Below are positions 39,896 through 52,096 of a DNA stretch of 64,000 nucleotides, in pieces (the first letter of the stretch is position 1; each line of letters begins with the position of its first letter). This DNA is from Torpedo marmorata (Eukaryota): NCBI GenBank assembly GCA_977017645.1, contig OZ360223.1, positions 156,178,001 to 156,242,000 on the forward strand, in the 5' to 3' direction. The translations under genes were made by a program, and so were the position numbers. Below the pieces are notes generated by a model. It was not told the origin of the DNA. It did not search any database and was given only the letters and a program-made list of their open reading frames with translations.

Positions 39896-40110
39896 AGAAC
39901 CATCTGATGCCTTTGTGTGAATTTAGTTGGTTATGCACATTTATGAACTGAAAACGCATTCTTCCTATATCAAAATTGTTTTGCAGATTGTTTTCAATTT
40001 TGCTGCTTCTCAAGCTGTCAATTAGACCCAAGTTCAGCTTTATCCAAGATATAATTCAACAGAAGTCAACACTTTGATCAAGTGCTCACTCTTATGTACG
40101 TTTATGGATT

Positions 40111-40920
40111 GATTCAAGATTCAATTTATTGTCATAGTAATAAGACAGTGTCATATTCCATGAAATTTCTTTTTGCCTGCTGCAAGGCAGACAGATTCGC
40201 CACCGGCAGAAATTGCCTAAGCGCCTCTAACATTCCTTACAGTCAGAGAAAGAGAAGCAAAAGAGAGTCCCCCCAGAGTCACCGAGTGTCCATAGATTCG
40301 CCTCCAGCGCTTCCGCAACCACACAGAGTCCAGTCCAAACCATCGGCATCCCGAGCTCCAGATCCGAACCTCCAACACGGTCAGGTCACCCTCGGCACCC
40401 CCTCGCATCCCGGTTACGATACCTGGTACTCCTCCGGCCAGTTTGAGCCAGCCTCCAGCAGTCCGCAGCCCGGCGTGAGTCCCCCGACAGCAGTCTCCAG
40501 CGGTCCACAGCCTCCGCGTGTTCCTCGCCTCGAGTCGACAGCAGCCCGCCGCATGTACTGGTCCTTCAGCCTCAGAGCCCCTCACTGGTCCGTCACCGTG
40601 GTCACCGTCCCGTGGGTCGTCTCCTCCGCTTCTTCTTCTCAGACGGGGGTGATCTTCCCGTCCTCTGGTGCCCTGCTCCAGTCCTCCGCTTCCCTGGAGT
40701 CTGCAGCCCCTCGTGGCTGCTGCCGGTTAAAAGGCGCTGCCATCTTGTGCGCAGACCCCGTCGGCTCCTTTAACGGGCCGTTCAAAGCCCGTGCGGAACC
40801 GACGGCAGTGGACTGGGCGGCTGGACCCTGCGGGAGCGCTGTATCTCCGCTCCCACGCTCCCCGCGGGTCTGCACCAGCGGCAGCGCTGCCGCTACAGCG
40901 GCTCCGTCAGCGCCGCCATT
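40111..40920 (-). mobile_element. GC-rich non-autonomous retroelement with Rex1/Babar-type tail (copy 1, CpG-rich)
   Basis: Colinear with 51361-52096; minus-strand tail atgacaataaattgaatcttgaatc; 5' end aatggcggcg; no tRNA boxes, no RT similarity seen. Confidence 0.7.
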
Positions 40921-40973
40921 CATTAACTGCAGGAGTAGCGGTAAAGCCTGTTTTGACCTTGTAAGAATGTTGT

Positions 40974-41241
40974 AAAAAGTAAAAACACAATGCTGGAGAA
41001 ACTGAGCAGGTCAAACAGTGTGCTTTATGTAGCAAAGATAAAGATACATAACCAACGTTTCGGGCTTGAGCCTTTCTTCAAGGTGTGAACAAAAAAATCA
41101 TCCCTTGAAGGGCTCAAGCCAGAAACGTTGGTTATGTATCTTTATCTTTGCTACATAAAGTTCACTGTTTGACCTGCTCAGTTTCTCCAGCATTGTGTTT
41201 TTACTTCAACCACTGTGTCTGCAGACCTTCGTGTTTTACTT
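40974..41241. mobile_element. Palindromic Penelope-terminus insertion with 16-bp TSD
   Basis: Inverted arms 40979-41072 and 41111-41204; TSD cttgtaagaatgttgt at 40958-40973 and 41242-41257. Confidence 0.85.
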
Positions 41242-42257
41242 CTTGTAAGAATGTTGTCCAGCAGGGATTGGTGGATAATAGCTGGGAACAAGTGTTTAAC
41301 AACCTGTTTTGTTTTTGTTTCCAGTCTTGGAATGTGAAATCAATTATCCTTTTTGCAGAGCTTACTTGAGTGAGACTTGAATTTGAGATGTTCCAGTAAC
41401 GTACTTTACTGGGTGATGTGATTTACCTACTAAAAATCAAAGGGTGTGTGTGTGGTTAGCTGTAGTTTATTATCACTTTGCCATGTCAACTGCAGTTGTA
41501 TGCACTTGTTCCATGGTTTTGAAAGAGGCAGCTTTTTGTATATGATGTCACTCTCTTGAACAACTGCTGTGGACAACAAGTTGAAGCTGGGTTTATTAAA
41601 ACCACTTAATTCAGGTGTAAATTAATCCTTGCTGCCAGCCCAAATGCCAATAACCGAAGCTGGGGTGTAGTTACATTGCCAGGGTTTACTCCTGAAATCT
41701 AATAAGACAGCCAACTGTCAGCAGCATTTTTTTTTTGCAAGAGGTTGGGGTGAGCCATGGTACGTACTCTTGTCATCACCAACTCTGTGGTGACGATCTC
41801 AATTGAACTGTTCCTGATATCCCTGCTGAGGTTAGCTAGGACAGGACAAATCAGCTTACTGCTCTACACTGTGAACCACGGAGTTCCACATCAGTGCTAC
41901 TACGTACCATTTAGGACCTGATGTTCATCTTGGAAGTTTTCTGTAAGAATGTTTTGATAATTGTCATTGTGGATATGGAGCTTGGTGTAAATCATAGACC
42001 AAACATGCCATTACTTGTGTATAATTAACAGTTTAAATTTCTGAGGTTTGAGCCTAATTTGGTGAAAGACATTTTTTTTAACCCTGATGACTAGCAATGA
42101 ACCTGCTAGTTGCTGTGGTTTAGAATTGCAGTCGGTTTTGCTCGTACTTTGGCATTCTAATGGGTTCCTGCCAAGTTGAGTTTGCATTGTTTTCAGTTAT
42201 TGGACATGGTTCAATAAAAATTGCTTTGAAAGCTAGTGAAACTGATGGACTAGTTAG

Positions 42258-43315
42258 TAAAACACGAAAATCTGTAGACACCGTGGTTGAAGTGAAAAAC
42301 ACAAATGCTGGAGAAACTCAGCAGGTCAAACAGTGTCTTTTATGTAGCAAAGGTAGAAATACATAACTGACGTTTCGGGCTTGAGCCCTTCATCAAAGTA
42401 TGAGAAAATGCCGGCAGGTGTCCGAACAAAAGAGTGAGGGGGGAAGGGGGGTGGCAAAGGCAGGAGATGATAGGTGGAGGAAGGAGGGAGGGGACAGCAG
42501 CAGAGGGGGAGGAGGGATGTCTGGGTAGGTGGAGAAAAACAGGAAGGACAGGTGAGGGGGGAGGGGAAGGAAACGACAAGCAGGTTTAGTGGAAAGCAGA
42601 AAAGTCAATGTTAATGCCATCTGGCTGGAGAGTGCCCAGACGGAAAATGAGATGTTGTTCCTCCAATTTGCGGGTAGTCTGGGTGGGATAGTACATAAGG
42701 CCATGGACAGACATGTGAGTGTGGGAGTGTGATCCGGAATTGAAATGGTTGGCTACTGGGAGGTCGCTGTTGTTGCGGACGGAGAGGAGGTGCTCAGCAA
42801 AGCGGTCTCCCAATCTACGACCGGTCTCTCCGATGTAGAGAAAGCCACAAAGGGAGCACCGGATGCAGTAAATAAGTTCTCTGGATGTACAAGTGAAGTG
42901 TAGTTTCACTTGGAAGGCCTGTTTGGGGCCCTGGACCGTGGTGAGGGAGAAGGTGTGGGCGCAGGTGTTGCATCTCCTGCGGGCACAGGGGAAGGTGACG
43001 GGGGTGCGATGGGTGGGGAGGGATGAGTGCACAAGTGAATCGCGGAGGGAGCAGTCCCTACGGAAGGCCGAGAGGGGAGGAGAAGGAAAAATGTGTCTGG
43101 TGGTGGGATCCTGTAGTAAGTGCCGGAAATTCCGGCGGATAATGTGTTGGATGCGGAGGCTGGTGGGGTGGTAGGTGAGGATGAGAGGGATTCTGTTTGT
43201 TGTGTCTGGGGGCAGAGGGGGCCAGGGCAGATGAGCGGGAAATGGAGGAGATGCGGGTGAGGGCTGAGTTGATGGTGGTGGAGGGGAAGCCACGTTTGTG
43301 GAAAAAGGCAGACAT
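42258..43315 (-). mobile_element. Young 5'-truncated Penelope-like element with 15-bp TSD
   Basis: ORF 42586..43293 carries CARRRCNTC and the GIY-YIG domain (LIYCIRCSLCGFLYIGETGRRLGDRFAEH..EQHLIFRLGTLQPDGIN); TSD tgatggactagttag at 42243-42257 and 43316-43330. Confidence 0.92.
42362..42402 (-). ncRNA. Minimal hammerhead ribozyme motif
   Basis: Reverse complement reads catact-UUGAUGA-agggcucaagccc-GAAACGUC-aguuaug. Confidence 0.7.
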
Positions 43316-43971
43316 TGATGGACTAGTTAGCTGGATACAAGTCATTTTCATTGTGCAGTAATGAGCAATGTTACAAACGTTCTGCAAGAGCACAAATTTC
43401 TGGTGCTCTTGCAGAACATTTGTCTACCGACGTGGACAAAAGTCCAGGTCGGCAGCAGAATGTCGAGCACCATCACGCTGAGCACTGGTGCACCTCAGGG
43501 CTGTGTGCTAAGCCCGCTCCTGTTCACGCTACTGACCCACGACTGCATCGCCAGATCCAGCTCGAACAATGTCATCAAGTTTGCAGATGACACAACAGTA
43601 GTTGGCCTCATTAGCAACAACGATGAGTCGCACTGCAGAAAAGAAATGGAAAATCTTGTGAAATGGTGCAAGAGTAACGACCTGAGTCTCAACATGGACA
43701 AGACGAAGGAGATGATCGTGGACTTCAGGAGGACCAGGAATGACCACACTCCACTACACATCAACAACTCTGTAGTAGAGAGAGTGGAGAGCACAAAGTT
43801 CCTTGAAGTTTACTTAACTAGTGACCTATCGTGGATCGGAGGTCAATCCACAGGACTATAAGAGTGGCAGAGAGGATCACTGGAGTCTCCCTCCACTCCC
43901 CCCCCTCCCCCTACCCTCCCAATCGACGTGATCTGCAGGATCGTTGTCTGAAGAGGGCATGCAAAATCATT

Positions 43972-44802
43972 AGCCCTTTCACACTGGCACCTTGTCCTAG
44001 TAATTGTCGGCTAATTTACTGGTTAAGGGTCCAGTGTGAAAGCGATTTAATCGGCACGCCGGCGTCAAATCACGCCGGGGATGGACGGCCTAGACCCCTA
44101 CTCTCATCCCCAGCGTCAACTGACGCCTGCGTGCCGATTAGCCCAGTGTGAAAGGGATACTTACTATCCAGGGACAAAGTAGTGACGCTTTGATGATGTT
44201 TTTGCATGAGTGCAGGAACGTGAAGGAAACAAAAGATTAAAAAGAAGGTATAAACTTTGCCGACCTACATAAACCTTTATAAATTTCTAAAGAACCATGG
44301 GAAAGTCGCAGGAGGAGAGAGAGAGAAAGCGATGGTGGACCTGCCCTCCCAGAATTCCGTATGACAGAGAAACCCCTCCATGAGTGCTCCGTGCATACAG
44401 CTCTTTCTCTGCCGCACGGAAGTCTGGGAAGGCAGGTCCGCCATCGCTCTTTCCCACGGTCTTTATAAATTGTGCGCTATTGTTCCCACGGTCTTTATAA
44501 ATTGTCCGCTATTGCAGCTACAACTTTCCCACGGTCCTTTATAAATTTATAAAGGTCAGCACAACAACAGGGGCTGAAGGGCTCATACTGTGCTGTACAT
44601 GATCAGGATTTAGGGCAGGTCCACCATCGCTCGATGCGTCACTCAGACGTCACCGGTGGAGGATAAACTCCCCCATCCCCGGGGATGCCTTGTGATGAGT
44701 GTGAAAGGACGAAGTGTCCCGGTTAACATTGGCCCAGTGTAAACGGCTTCCTTAAGCGGGACACTGAACGGCCAATTTACTGGTTAGCCAGTGTGAGAGG
44801 CT
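43972..44802. mobile_element. Non-autonomous PIF/Harbinger-like DNA transposon (MITE)
   Basis: TIRs agccctttcacactggc and gccagtgtgagaggct; approximate 3-bp TSD att/act; internal repeats of cagtgtgaaa; splits Rex1 coding sequence. Confidence 0.75.
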
Positions 44803-45028
44803 ACTGAGGACCCCTTCCACCCTGCACACAGCATCTTTCAGCTGCTCCCGTTGGGGAAGAGATACAGGAGTATCAGAGCCAGCAGCACCACCAGGCTGAG
44901 GAACAGCTTCTTCCCACGGGCAGTGAGAATGCTGAACGACCAAAGGAACTGCTCACACTAACCATCTGAGACTCTCATGCACAAAACGATATTAATCAAT
45001 TAATTTATTTATTTATTTGTATAGTTAC

Positions 45029-45290
45029 GGGCGGCACGGTTGGCGTAGCGGTTAGCGCAACGCCTTTACAGCGCCAGCTGATTGAGACCGGGGTTCGAAT
45101 CCTGCGCTGTCTGTAAGGAGTTTGTACGTTCTTCTCGTGTATGCGTGGGTTTTCCCCAGGGCTCCGGTTTCCTCCCACCGTTCAAAACATGCCGGGGTGT
45201 AGGTTAATTGGGTGTAAATTGGGCAGCACAGACTCGTGGGCCGAAATGGCCTGTTACCGTGCTGTATGCCTAAATTAAAAAATTTAAAAT
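45029..45290 (+). mobile_element. V-SINE (HE1-like), young, nested in the Rex1 3' UTR
   Basis: Colinear with 25633-25889; B box ggttcgaatcc. Confidence 0.88.
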
Positions 45291-45736
45291 ACTTGTCCTG
45301 CATATGTATTATTTGTCTGTATGTGTATTATGTCTGGTTGTGTGTCTGCATGTTTTGTACTGAGGACCGGAGGACGCTGTTTCGTTGAGTTGTACTTGTA
45401 CAATCAGATGACAATAAACTTGACTTGAAATTTTCCAATGTGCTGCAGTGTTTCGTTTAAATTGGGGAAAAAATGCTGTGCAGAATGACCAGGAGAGGAT
45501 TTGTTTGGAATAAAACATTGTGGTATTTGATAAAACAAGCAACAAGAATCGGTGGAAGCAATTGGGAAGATTAGGGACAGGTTAAAATGTTTTATCCTTG
45601 GAGGATGGAAATAAATTTGTGGAGACTTGTTCGTATAGATTTGAATGCTGAGTCAAGGTTACAATGGAGTGTCAGAAGTAGCTTGTTTATAGCAAATGAA
45701 GCTACATCATCTGAAGTATGTGCAAGGTTTAGACTT

Positions 45737-46317
45737 CAGAATCAGAATTTATTGTCATGAACAAGTCATGAAATTCGGTGTTTTGCGGAAGCATCATAGT
45801 GCAAACATTCATATTATGAACCATCTTACAATAATATAAAAAATAGTGCACCAAAAGTAAGGCAGTGTCTTTGGTTTATTGATTATTCAGGAATCTGATG
45901 GCAGCGGGGAAGAAGCTGTCCTTGTGCTACTGAGTACTCATCTTTAGGCTCCTGTACCCTTTTCCCGATGGTAGAAGAGGGCATGACCTGGGTGGTGGGA
46001 GTCTTTGAGGATAGAGGCTGCTTTTTTAAGACACCGCCTCATGTAGATGTCCTCGATGGAGTGAAGTTTGGTGCCTATGATGTCGCAGGCCGAGTTAACA
46101 ACCCTCTGGAGTTTTTTCTTGTCCTGGGAGTTGGCGCCTCCATACCAGACAGTGATACAACCAGCCAGTATGCTCTCCACGGTACACCTGTAGAAGTTTT
46201 CGAGTCTTCGGTGACATAACGAATCTCCTCAAGCACCTCACAAAGTATAGCTGCTGGTGAGCCTTCTTCGTGATTGCATCAACACTTAAACTCATGATTG
46301 CATCAACACTTAAACTC
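45737..46317 (-). mobile_element. Rex1/Babar LINE 3' fragment, young
   Basis: VDAITKKAHQQLYFVRCLRRF, ESILAGCITVWYG; tail tcagaatcagaatttattgtcatg; 24-bp tandem duplication at the 5' junction (46271-46317). Confidence 0.9.
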
Positions 46318-46529
46318 CACATACTGGTTAACTTGTTTGGGCAATCACTTGCTATGTTATACTCATGGAATCTTGGAGGTATCAATAATGCAACTAAACG
46401 GGTAATACAAATTGCAAATCCCATATGATCATGGGGTAACAGTTTTACTTGAGTTGGGCAAATAAAAATGAACCAGATATTCTGCTTGCTGGCTAGTGCT
46501 AATGAAGATCTCCTGCAATGTCACGGAAG

Positions 46530-48860
46530 CCTGAAACAATGGGAGTAGGAGTAGCTATTTGGCTCTTTGGGCTTGCCCTGTCAATTATTTTGATCATGGC
46601 AGATCCTCCATCTCAACATTATATTCCAGCTTTCTCCCTATACCCTCTGATACATTTTACATCTTTCTGGCTACATCTTAAATATGTTAATTTCTTGGCT
46701 GTGGTAGATTTCTCTCCATGTTCACCACTCTGTGTGGAAAAAGTATCTCTTAATTTTTGCCATAAATGTCTTTACACCATATCCTCAGAACATGGTCCCT
46801 GGTTTCAGACAGGACAACCAGAGAATACATACTCCCTACATGCAGCCATTCAAGCCCAGTAGTATTTTGCAAGTGAATAAATGATGAGTCAATGCAGTTT
46901 CTACTAGTATGACAATGCTGCAAGCTTATGAATCACTCCCTTTGTAACAAGTATACATTTTTATAGGAGAGGAAACCAAAACGGTTCAGTGCTCAAGATG
47001 TCGTCTCGTCAAGGCTCCATGTAATTACAGTAAGACATCCTTGTGCCTTTTCTCGGGCCCTGTTGCAATGAAGGCCAATATACCTGCAAGTGTGGTTTCA
47101 GGCATTGGTGTATGATATTTTCTAAATGTCACTATAAATAATGCTCTACCTTTGTTTTACTGACCAAAGTGGTTCACTTCAGATTTATCCACATATGCTA
47201 CATTTGCTCTGTATTTGCCCACTCACAAAACTGTCTAGATTGCCTTGGAACCTTCTTGTAACTTCCTCATGACTCAAAGTGAAACTGTTTTGTATCATTG
47301 ACCGGCTTAAAAACATTGCTGTCAGTTCTCTCTTCCAAATCATTGCATATTTTGAATGGAAGCTCTGATCCCTGTTCTCTTGCAAGTTGTCATCGACCAT
47401 ACCATTAAAGATTTGTTTATTCCTGTCTGTCAATCAGTTTTCAACGTATGCTAGTATATGTGCTTTAATTTTCCATATTCATCTCTATGTGGGACTTCAA
47501 GATGGCAGTGCTATTGTGGCTGCCGTAACACACTTGCCTGTACACACATCCACTTGTTCTCCCATGTGCCACCAGTTACATCCTCAAAAAAAATCTCCAG
47601 TAAGTTTGTAAAAGCATTTCCTTTTTAAATTTGTTGACTTTTGTGTAATCCCACTGTAATTTTCTTGGTATTGTTGCCACATCCTTCATAAACTAGCATT
47701 TTCTCTTCTACTATTGTAGTCTCCTGTTTTCTCTCTCCCTCCACTTTTAAATTGTGAGGTTTCATTTGCCACCTCCCCTGTTGGAACTGTTTCACTATTT
47801 CCATGACTGTCCTTTTTTTATTACTCTGGGATTCAGCTCATCAGATGCACATATTTATCCAGCACAATTTTTTTTAATCAATCACAATTTAATTTAATTC
47901 CTTCTTAGTTGTATTCTTGGTTGTTTGGCATTTCTGGGAATTTGTGTCCAAGTCTTTGAAGGCAATTAAAGTATTTGTATAATAAGAGTTTAATTTCTCT
48001 TCAACTTCTTTATGAATTATCCTGTTTCTGGCAAAGAACGTACATTTGCCTTGATTTTTGTTTCTTTTATTAAGTAGAAGCTTTTACACTCCACTTGTAT
48101 GCCCCTTCCAAATTTATTCATTTTGATGATTTAATTGATTTTCCAATTTTTGTAGAATTCTAAACTGTTCCTAACCCTGAAGTTTGCTTCTTTGGAAGCT
48201 GTACATGGCTTTGGATCTAATATTATCCAAGACATTTGTTGGTCGTGGTTGGGTTATTTTCCTTATGGAATATAGAACTGTTGTCATTGCACTTGGTTCT
48301 TAAATGTTAGCCATTGACTACCATAGTCATGCTTTTCAGTGAAGCTTCCTACTGTAAACAGCCTGTTCACACCTTGTACATTCATAGTATCCTGGAAGTT
48401 TGAGATGCTAGTTTTGGATTGAACTACTTCACTTTCCATTTTAGTAAATAATTCTATCATGTTGTGATCACTCTTTCTCCAAAAGACTTGGCACAAGAAG
48501 ATTATTAATAAACCCATTCTCTCTGTGCAATACCCAGACTGGAATAGCTAGTTGTGTGTTTAATGTACTGGACATAAATATAATCATAGACAATAAATCC
48601 ACATGTACTGTGCTATAGTTCCTCATTTGGATTGACCTGTCCATGATTTACCCTTGTTAAATGACTTTCTAATTTCCTGTTTGAGGATGTCTGCTACATT
48701 ATCACTATTGTGTGGAGGACAGTGGACAACTTCCACCGATGTTTACTACCCTTGGTGCTGCTTAGCCTTGCCCAAACTGATTTTACATCTTGATTTTTGA
48801 CTATCCCTTCTCAATGTTTGATTTTTATGCTTTACCAACAATGCCACTCCTCCCTCTTGC
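46530..48860 (-). mobile_element. Ancient fragmented CR1 LINE
   Basis: Reverse CR1 3' UTR at about 46535-46650; SDHNMI endonuclease motif in ORF 48284..48517; heavily decayed, boundaries approximate. Confidence 0.55.
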
Positions 48861-51360
48861 TTTGTTGTCCACTGATATCATTGTCAGCCAGACTGATCTG
48901 TTTGAGCTAGGCACCCGAGAACACTTGTTTTTTATGGAGCCTATGAATGTGCTTCCTCCTTCACTATAACATTACATAAATTAAACTAGGATTAAATGAA
49001 ACATATTTAACTATGCCCATATTTTTTTTTGTTGTCCTGGGTACACAAATATATAAATACCCCTTGTAGTCAGGTTAAAATTCTCATGTGCTGTACATAT
49101 TAGGATTAACCCATTAGCTTTTGGATGCAAGGCTATGACGTACAAGGCACAGAGTCAGCAGTGCCAACAACCAATGCTTTCTTTTATGATTTCCTCAAAT
49201 GTGGATGAACTGTGTGTCCATGTTTAGTGGCAAGCCTTGGCAGTGATATTTATGTTTGCCAGTTCTTCCTCTCTTGGTTTGCCCAAGTGTTAGCTGACAT
49301 TTCATGGAGAATATAAATTAATTTATCAAATGTTTCCTGGCTGTGGAAGTTGCAGTAAAATGAAATGACACATCAGATTTTTGGTTTGGAGATGGCACAC
49401 AGTGTTAAGTGTAAAAACTACGTGGTCTTGTGAATGATTACCATAATCATGTTCAGTAGCAGCAACTGGTTTAAGAGATGCTGGCCACTGCCTGACTTTA
49501 TTTTTCTGTTCACTACCCCAAATAGTTTTAAGATATTGCTAATGGAGCAGGAACACCATCCATTTGTCTATATGAGCAACCTTGTTCACCATCCTGAGTT
49601 GAAATGTTTGCTTTAAGTAGCAGTATCAGCAGAGCTGTACGTAGCTGTTGCACCGTGTGAGCTGCCTTTTGTTTGTAGAATGTTGCTCATCGTGACATGG
49701 CCACGTGTAATAGGGGCCAGCACTCTGATCTGTCTTTGTGTTAGATGGAGACAGCTATTGCTGGCTAAGTTGCACTTTGACGCAAATGACCTTCACTGGG
49801 GAATTGGGTAGGTTTTGGAGGGTGGGACCAGGAATTGTTTTCAGGGTAAAGACCCTAGTTACAAATTTGTAGCTTTTGGTGATGTTTGGGCCTCCGTCCA
49901 GATTCTTTCCACAGTCTCTGTTTCTGAAGGACAAAAGGAAGACAAAAGAGAGAGATTTGCAATTCGTATTGGAGGCTGCAGTATGATTTGCTTTGTGTAC
50001 CACGAAAGAGAAAGCTCCAGTTATTTCAGCTCTTCTATTCAAACGGGGCATCTGTCCCTTGTGTGCTCTTGATAGAACATCGTAAACTCTATCTGTGCTT
50101 TCTGAAGTGGTGTTGTATCTGAATGAATTTGCTTTTTTTTAAGGTTAAAATGCTGAGGGAGAATTGGTGGGCATGACCCTGCTGAAGATTGCTAGACATC
50201 CCAGCATTTAATTCTGCAGTGGGGGTAGGGGTCAATGAAGAACTGGAGTGTCATGCCACTTTCCACTACCAGTTTCAGCATTTACCAAATTCGATTTGTT
50301 TTTGCATTTGTCAAAAGTTCACTTGCTCAGTTGAGGAGCGCAGCCTCAGCAAGAACCAGCTGTACTTGTGCCTCTTTTTCTTTTGCTGGATGCCAAATAG
50401 CCTGTCTTTGTGTTGGGCTAATTAAGAGCTGCAGTCGGCCAAATATTGAAAAGCAGATTGGTTTACTGCAAAGCTTACTGTCTTCACAATTGAGAATCTG
50501 ATGTAAAATTCTGTGGTTTGGTATGTTTGCTGCTCACAGCTGAATTTGGGTTGTTCAGGTGGAGCCTAAACAAGTAGTTGCAGACTGGACCTCGAGGGAT
50601 AGCGGCTGGTTTCTGACTTTTTCCAAATGTGTACTTTCGTACTGAGGTCACTGGATGATGATCGGGAGGAATTTTGGCTGATGTTTTTTTTTGTAAGCTC
50701 TCCACCCTAAACCACAGAGTTTGGGTGGGCACACCCATGCCCTCTCCCCAGCTAAGATCAGCTAATTTCTCAGAGACTGATCTTGTAACTATCTTGTAAT
50801 TCATATGCTTCTATTTCAAACAAAACAAAATGCTTGGTGAGATTCAGAAGCTGATCTTGTGGAAAACTGAAAAATAAATTATAACATTTCAATTTTCCCT
50901 GGGCCAGAGCAAGTCCCATGCATACTGTAAAATTGTAGGTACTTTAAAACTATGCATTTTTAGAATTGATTAGTTCTAGAAAAGTTACCTGCTGCCAAAG
51001 ACTTATCTTGCCTTGGTGCCTAGTTTGTCCTTAAACTTTAATTTATCACTTCAATTGCTCTTCATCAGATCCCAACCAAACTCGTATCTCAGTTCTGGCC
51101 ACAAATGCTGTTTACGTGCCTTTTTTTTTGCAAGTAACTTCCTCTTGTTCTTTATGGAATTGATCTAAGCAGCATTGATATTGTCAGACTGTCAGCAGTG
51201 CCCTTTCACCTCAGTTAAGCTCAGAAATAGTTTATTTGCATTCCTTTTATACTAGTTATAATCTCGAATGTCTTAAATCTGAACATTGTATAATGATGTG
51301 TGGCAAGACACAAAATTATTAGCATAACTATTTCCTGAATGATTGCTACAAAATGTTATC

Positions 51361-52096
51361 TCAAGATTCCTTTATTGTCATCTAATAGTACAGAACGTGT
51401 AATATTACATGAAATTGCCGCCTTCCTGCTGTAAGGCAGGCAGTCGCCATTAGTGTTGCCTGTTGCCCTTGCAGTAAGAGAAAGAGAAGCAAAAAAAAAG
51501 AGTCCCTTCATAGTCACTGAGAGTTTGTGAATTCGCCTCCAGCGCACCTGCAGCCGCTCAGACTCCTTCCTGTTCGATTCATTGGCAACCTGAGCTCCAG
51601 ATCCAAACCTCCGACACGATCAGGAAGCCTTCAGCGCCTCAGGCCCTTCGGGGGCCCTTCTTGTTCTCAGCACCCTCTCGAATCCCGGCTCTGATACTTG
51701 GTCGCACACAGTCCGTGCAGGTCCCCAGACCACAAGTTGCCTGAGTGGGTCCCTCAGCTGCCGAGCCCCTCGCTGGTTCGCTGTCATGGTCGCTGTCCTG
51801 TAGGGATGTCTCCTCTGCTTCTCCTCAACGGGGGGGGGGTGTGTTTTTCCCACTTCTGCTGCCCTATGCTGGTCAGCTTCTCCCTGGCGCCTGCAACCCA
51901 TCAAGGCTGCTCCGCCTTTGCAGGATTTTACTTACAAGCACCATCGGCTCCTTTAACAGGCCGTTTAAAGCCTGTATGGAGCTGCCGGCATTAGGACTGG
52001 GCGGTCGAGCCCTTTGGAGCAGCTCTGTGTCTCCATTCTCCTGGGTCTACACCAGTGGCAGCACTGCCATTACAGCAGCTCAGACAGTGCCGCCAC
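51361..52096 (-). mobile_element. GC-rich non-autonomous Rex1-tailed element (copy 2, older)
   Basis: Shares blocks with 40111-40920 (agagaaagagaagcaaaa, attcgcctccagcgc, gagctccagatcc, tcggctcctttaac). Confidence 0.7.

Larger units (their letters stand above)
43425..45430 (+). mobile_element. Rex1/Babar LINE 3' fragment, host to a MITE and a SINE
   Basis: STGAPQGCVLSPLLFTLLTHDC..KFADDTTVVGLI..KTKEMIVDFRR; resumes after 44802 (EDPFHPAH..); tail atgacaataaacttgacttgaa. Confidence 0.9.

Noticed and set aside
40082-40975. 297-aa ORF on +
   Set aside because: Non-ATG start, low-complexity Pro/Ser/Ala content, antisense to a GC-rich repeat; no comparable long frame in the second copy at 51361-52096.
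42362-42402. Apparent compensatory change in hammerhead stem I (C-G to U-G to U-A across copies)
   Set aside because: The G-to-A step is equally explained by CpG deamination, so it was not counted as covariation.
44452-44550. CRISPR-like direct repeats of about 31 bp
   Set aside because: Only 2-3 units, essentially adjacent with no regular unique spacers, inside a MITE in vertebrate DNA.
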